Below, one piece after another: positions 63,363-64,000 of a DNA stretch of 64,000 nt. A program made the translations under genes and the position numbers. Where the stretch lies: positions 39,186,001-39,250,000 of the forward strand of contig CM119371.1 of NCBI GenBank assembly GCA_051294905.1, written 5' to 3'. Every line of letters starts with the position of its first letter. Within the stretch, counting starts at the first letter, position 1. The notes beneath the pieces are model-generated. The model was not told the DNA's origin. It searched no databases and saw nothing but the letters and a program-made list of their open reading frames with translations. The stretch comes from Botryllus schlosseri (Eukaryota).

Positions 63363-64000
63363 CAGGGCTGGCCAACCTTTTCGGCCAAAGGGCCACATTC
63401 AAATGACGATCTTTTGCGCGGGCCACTATCCGCGCGAATCGCGAAAAATTTTTGAAGTACATAGGCCAATAATATTGTCACTTGACTATATTGCGAGCCT
63501 GCTGCATATCGCTGGGCTAAATTTGCGAGGACTGGGCTATTCGGCGCATGGACATTTCGATATCGAAAGCTGTGACCAACATGCGTCAATCATTTCGTGC
63601 CTAGGCTTCACGGTGGACGGTCTTACTGCGAGCGCAAACGCAAGGTCGCATATGTTGAACGACACTTTGTTTCGTAATCGCGAATATAGTTAGACTCAAT
63701 CTGATGCATTAGGTGTTCTTCCATTTTCACAAAAGAGCAACAATATTAAATACAAGAAATCGAGTGACAACATATTGCGCTAAGCTTGTAGAAAATTTTT
63801 ACCTTTGATAAATCGATCGCAAATTATTCTGCTTTATTGTGGTGTACGAAGATGCACCAATACGTGAATGGCTGATGGATCTGTCAATGCGTCAGAATTG
63901 ATATTTTAGTCATCACATCTCAAGTATTGCGGCCAGACTAATCAAATTTTGGGTTGGCCTTGCAAGCTCAAAATCTGTGCAATCCATTTTTGATGATATT
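63363..64000. mobile_element. hAT-type MITE, runs off window
   Basis: CAGGGCTGGCCAACC start; internal homology to 58429-59288. Confidence 0.8.

Overview
Eukaryotic, AT-rich animal genomic DNA. It is probably an invertebrate; the 54-64 nt minimal introns and the FReD/lectin genes would fit a tunicate, but that is inference. Manual splicing gives three intact genes and one pseudogene: (1) a secreted fibrinogen-related (FReD) gene with an unusually truncated N-terminus (3806-5587, minus); (2) its head-to-head paralog, now a pseudogene (9916-12413, plus); (3) a secreted, divergent C-type lectin-like gene with an Arg/Tyr-rich segment and a poly-Thr linker (16918-27414, plus); (4) cyclin Y (41886-53959, minus, 10 coding exons). 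Most of the rest is transposon-derived: many hAT-type MITEs with 8-bp TSDs, two TA-TSD Tc1/mariner-type elements, foldback elements, solo LTRs, two LINE fragments, a ~41-bp tandem array and a five-level nested insertion stack at 32.2-37.4 kb. A recurrent TAGGCCTA/TAGGCTA motif appears, from within-window paralog comparisons, to be an insertion at TA sites, consistent with transposon excision footprints. No prokaryotic genes, CRISPR arrays, rRNA or convincing tRNA genes were seen. All gene models are hand-spliced and unverified by transcripts.
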